Under the pieces are notes generated by a model. It made no database searches and was not told the DNA's origin. It saw nothing but the letters and a program-made list of their open reading frames with translations. Shown here piece by piece: positions 56,570 to 64,000 of a stretch of 64,000 nucleotides of DNA. The translations under genes were made by a program, and so were the position numbers. This stretch comes from Reclinomonas americana ATCC 50394. Taxonomy: Eukaryota. The stretch's first letter is position 1; every line of letters begins with the position of its first letter. Location of the stretch: the NCBI GenBank assembly GCA_048213135.1, contig PS015164.1, forward strand, positions 1 to 64,000. The letters are read 5' to 3'.

Positions 56570-56926
56570 TAAGCAACAGCTGTCTTGATGACCCAAGGCC
56601 AACCATATCCAAAATAAACAAACAAAACACTTCATTCACCACATTCCACGCCCGCAAATCCCTTGCCGACAATGACCAAGGCACAACTATCATAAACTTC
56701 TCCAAACAGTCATCTTCCCTTTCAGGAGACAAAGCCAAGCAATTGCAATCACGCGTGCTGGCCGGTACACAGACACCAATCTTGAGGCAGAAGCAGGTTT
56801 TCTTGCCCTCGGAGCTCCGAACAAGTCGAGAACTGCGATCTTCACCGCATAAGCGTTTGTCGCATTATTGGAATGTGGTGAATGAAGTGTTTTGACGTGG
56901 TTGAACAGTGGATTCGACGCACTTGG
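56570..56926 (-). repeat. Dispersed repeat, copy B, containing a 26-bp perfect inverted repeat
   Basis: Homology to 34385-34570; caaaacacttcattcaccacattcca (56623-56648) is the exact reverse complement of 56869-56894. Confidence 0.85.
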
Positions 56927-57070
56927 AGTGTGCTTAGCACTGCCAACTTTGAGGTCGCAAAGGGATTTGTTCCGGATGAAGTGCTTCATTTTCTTTTTTC
57001 CATTCTGCTGGCACCGCTGCCCTGCTGCTGTGCTGCACTCCTCCTCAAGGGTCATCTTCGTCCGTCACAA

Positions 57071-61006
<3,936 letters not shown>

Positions 61007-61449
61007 TGTGTCTGCGCTCTCTCACTCGCTCTTTTGGAACTGAATCCTTGTCCGCAGCACAGCACAGCAGAACCGATCCTCGGACGGGCAGTAGAATCTC
61101 ACTGTTGGAGCATAGCTACATTGGCCCCTTGTGCTTCCACTGTCTCTATGATTCTATGATTGCTTCTCGCACACCACGCCCTCTCGACAGTCTCCCTTGT
61201 TGGCGCGCGGCAGAGATGGTTGAGTGTACATACTTCCGCCATATGCGGTTGGCGAGTGAAGCATTCTGTCTTGGGAGAACGTTTCCTTTGAAAAGGGGTT
61301 TCATTCGTGCATGAAGCATGCTACAGGTGGGGAAACAAGAAGAAGAATCTATTGGTGGTTGGTGTTAGTGGTGCTGGTGACAGTGATGCTCGTCGTGTGC
61401 TGTCCGCACAGCTGCTCCATTGAATCACACGGCACTCCCGCCCGTCGTC

Positions 61450-63963
61450 TTACACCACGGTGCGCGGGTCCGAGCAGTAGAACTTGCCCTGGTTGAGCGT
61501 GTCGATCAGACGCATCTCTTGGTCTGTCAGCTCAAAGTCGAAGATATCAAAGTTCTCACTCCGGTGATCCGAGTCCGCCGTGCGCGTCAGCACCACTGCA
61601 CGTGTGTGCAGGTGAACCACTGAGAGCACGCAAGAAGCACAAATACAACACGCACCGTTGCCTTGCTGCAGGTTCCAGCGCAAGAAAATCTGCATGCGCA
61701 ACCAAGAGAGAGAATCAGTCATTACTCACACCAATTCATGGTTGTCTGTGATGATGTCACCTGCGCGAGCGTCTTGCCGTGCCTCTCGCCAATAGTCTTC
61801 ACGTCGTCGTTCGAGACGTCAACCAGCTGCGCAGCACGGCGATCGTGAGCATTCATGATCATATGCATGATAACAACGTGTTGTGCCTACGCACGTTGCC
61901 AGTGCCGAGCGGCGAGAATGCTTCGACCACGATGCCACGGTCGCGGCAGTAGCGCACCAGAGCGCTAGGTGACAGGTGTGAGTTCGTGGCGGTCACAATA
62001 ATGAGTGAAGATCTGCAACATACAAAAGACACTCACCGCCGAGTGAGGCGCGGATGCACCTCCACCTGGTTCACCGCAGGCGGCACCACACACTCGTGGA
62101 TCAGCTCCTCCAAGTGAGAGATCTCAAAGTTGGAGACGCCAATGGCACGGGCGCTGCGCAAGCATGATCATGACTCAGTGGACTCATCACATGAGCTGTT
62201 CATGTGTCTGTAACAGCATCAGCAACACTGACCGGCCGGTGGAGTGGATTTTCTCCATCGTCTTCCACGTCTCCAGACGGAGGAGTGAGTTCCTCGAGTC
62301 CGTCTCGTCGCTGTAGCTCAATTAATAGCTGAAGACCCATACACAAGTGAACTGCGATAAGACAACACCCTGACGCACAGATCATGGGCGCCTGTGTGCA
62401 TCGAGTGAGTGAGTGCTGACTGCTGACAAGTAGGGTGTGAATGAATTGCCTCACCAGGCCAGCCAATCAGGTACAGGTCGACGTAGTCCACCTGAAGGCG
62501 CTCGAGCGAGTTGTGGAAGCACTCCATGGCCTTGCCGCGACTGCAAGAAAAGTGTCAGTGGGGTCATCCTTTCAGGAGCTTACACACCGGTTCCACTCGC
62601 ACGCAACCCCAGGTGCTTGTCATCCAAGCGAGTGGTCAGGAAGATCTCGCCACGAGGCACTCCGGAGTCGCGAATGGCGCGGCCCACTGTCACCGCCAGG
62701 ACAAGTTAGCGTGATTTCGCACCAAGGACGCTATTGTACGACTCACCCTCCTCCTCATTGTTGTACTCGGCAGCCGTCTGCGCAGATTCACAACAGCACT
62801 CGTCAAGCCTCTCAACCTCACAGTCGCGTGCATCTCTCACTCACTCACATCAATGAGGCGGAAACCGGAGCGCAGAGCGCCCAGCTGTTTTGCATCGTCA
62901 CAAACATCAGTATCGTTCTTGTCGACAACTCGATTCTGCCACCACTCACCACCGCATCGTAGCAGTCGTCACCAGTCAGGTTGAGAGTGCCAAAGCCGAG
63001 GACTGGCATGCGCACTTGGCGGCCGTCGCGCACACTCGGCGTCTTGAGCGTCACCATCGGCTGGTGCATGAAAGAGTAGCGCGTGCCGAGACCGCCTCCT
63101 CCCACTCCGCCGGTGCCACTGGTGCCGTAGATCTGCGACCCGCCTCCCTGCTGGTAGCCGCTGGTGGGGGTGCCGTAGATCTGGGAGCCCTGCGGGTACC
63201 CCGAGGTGAAGCCACCACTCACCGGGATCTGCGGTGACAAGCACCACAGAATGAGAAGAATTCGAACGAGTCATTAGTGACGGGCGACGGCACGACTCAC
63301 CGAGCGCACGCCACTGCGCAGTGGCACGCCGCTGCCGGAGACGTTCGACAGGCCAGTCGTGCCGGCGCCGCGCGTGTAGTCTTGCGAGAGCGGCACGCCC
63401 TGCTGCTGCTGCAACTGCTGCTGCTGGCGCCAGACGTCGCCAGAGCCCACTTGCTGGTGCTGCAACGGGCGCTGCGGATAGTTGACCGACTGCTCCGGAA
63501 CGGAGAAGGGATAGGGGCCAGTGTTCTGCTGTTGCTGTTGCTGGCCCTGGCCCTGGCCCTGGCCCTGCGCCCACTGGCGTTGGTACTCGTACGCCGGCAT
63601 CTGCTGCGTCTGCTGCGACGACTGCGCCCACTGGCGCTGGTACTCCGGCTGCTGCTGCTGCTGCTGCGACTTGAGGTACGTGTACTGCGGCTGCTGCAGC
63701 GTCTGCGACACCGGCTTCATCTGCTGCTGCTGCTGCACGTACTCGGGCACGTCGCGGCCGAGCGTCGACGACGACGTCACACCGGTGCCGGTGGTGGTAA
63801 TCGGAATCGCACGGCTCGTCGACGTGGTCGACACCTTTTCACGCGTCTGTGCGTACATACCAGTAGCAGAAGGAGCAGTAGAGTATTAGGCATGATGTGC
63901 AGGTGTGATGCGAAGAGGCAAGCGCTTGAGAAACAGATCTACTCGCAACGCAACATACGACAT
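61450..63963 (-). CDS. Aldo-keto reductase-like paralog 2 with long Q/G/Y-rich N-terminal extension; catalytic K and H substituted
   Basis: [55 protein letters not shown]; start inferred (63963, alternative 63858). Confidence 0.88.
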
Positions 63964-64000
63964 GGCGAAGTAGAAATGAGGAGAGGGTGGTGGCTGGTCT

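Overview
Gene-dense, intron-rich eukaryotic DNA, probably from a protist, in a gapped draft assembly with many microsatellite-filled introns. The ORF track is mostly spurious, so I spliced the genes by hand. About 18 protein-coding genes can be supported: a giant Gly/Ser/Thr repeat fibre protein with a C-terminal peptidase-S74 (ICA) chaperone; glycogen phosphorylase; an ABHD4/5-like hydrolase; an F-box/LRR protein; TMEM222; EXOSC6/Mtr3; a DUF971 protein; a class 3 lipase; a myotubularin; two tandem orphan paralogs; an SLC43-like MFS transporter; EBPL; an A20 zinc-finger protein; a TPR protein with a likely acylation motif; a TPR-coiled coil-RLK/Pelle kinase; and two tandem aldo-keto reductases, one probably catalytically dead. 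Three signals stand out. (1) A major class of introns (about 35 by manual count) has 5' splice sites shifted by one nucleotide (GTTGCGT/GTTGAGT, with G at +6 instead of +5). (2) An intron-containing gene encodes a phage-tail-fibre-like S74 protein. (3) A TPR-Pelle/RLCK-IX-like kinase is flanked by a dispersed repeat that carries a 26-bp perfect inverted repeat.
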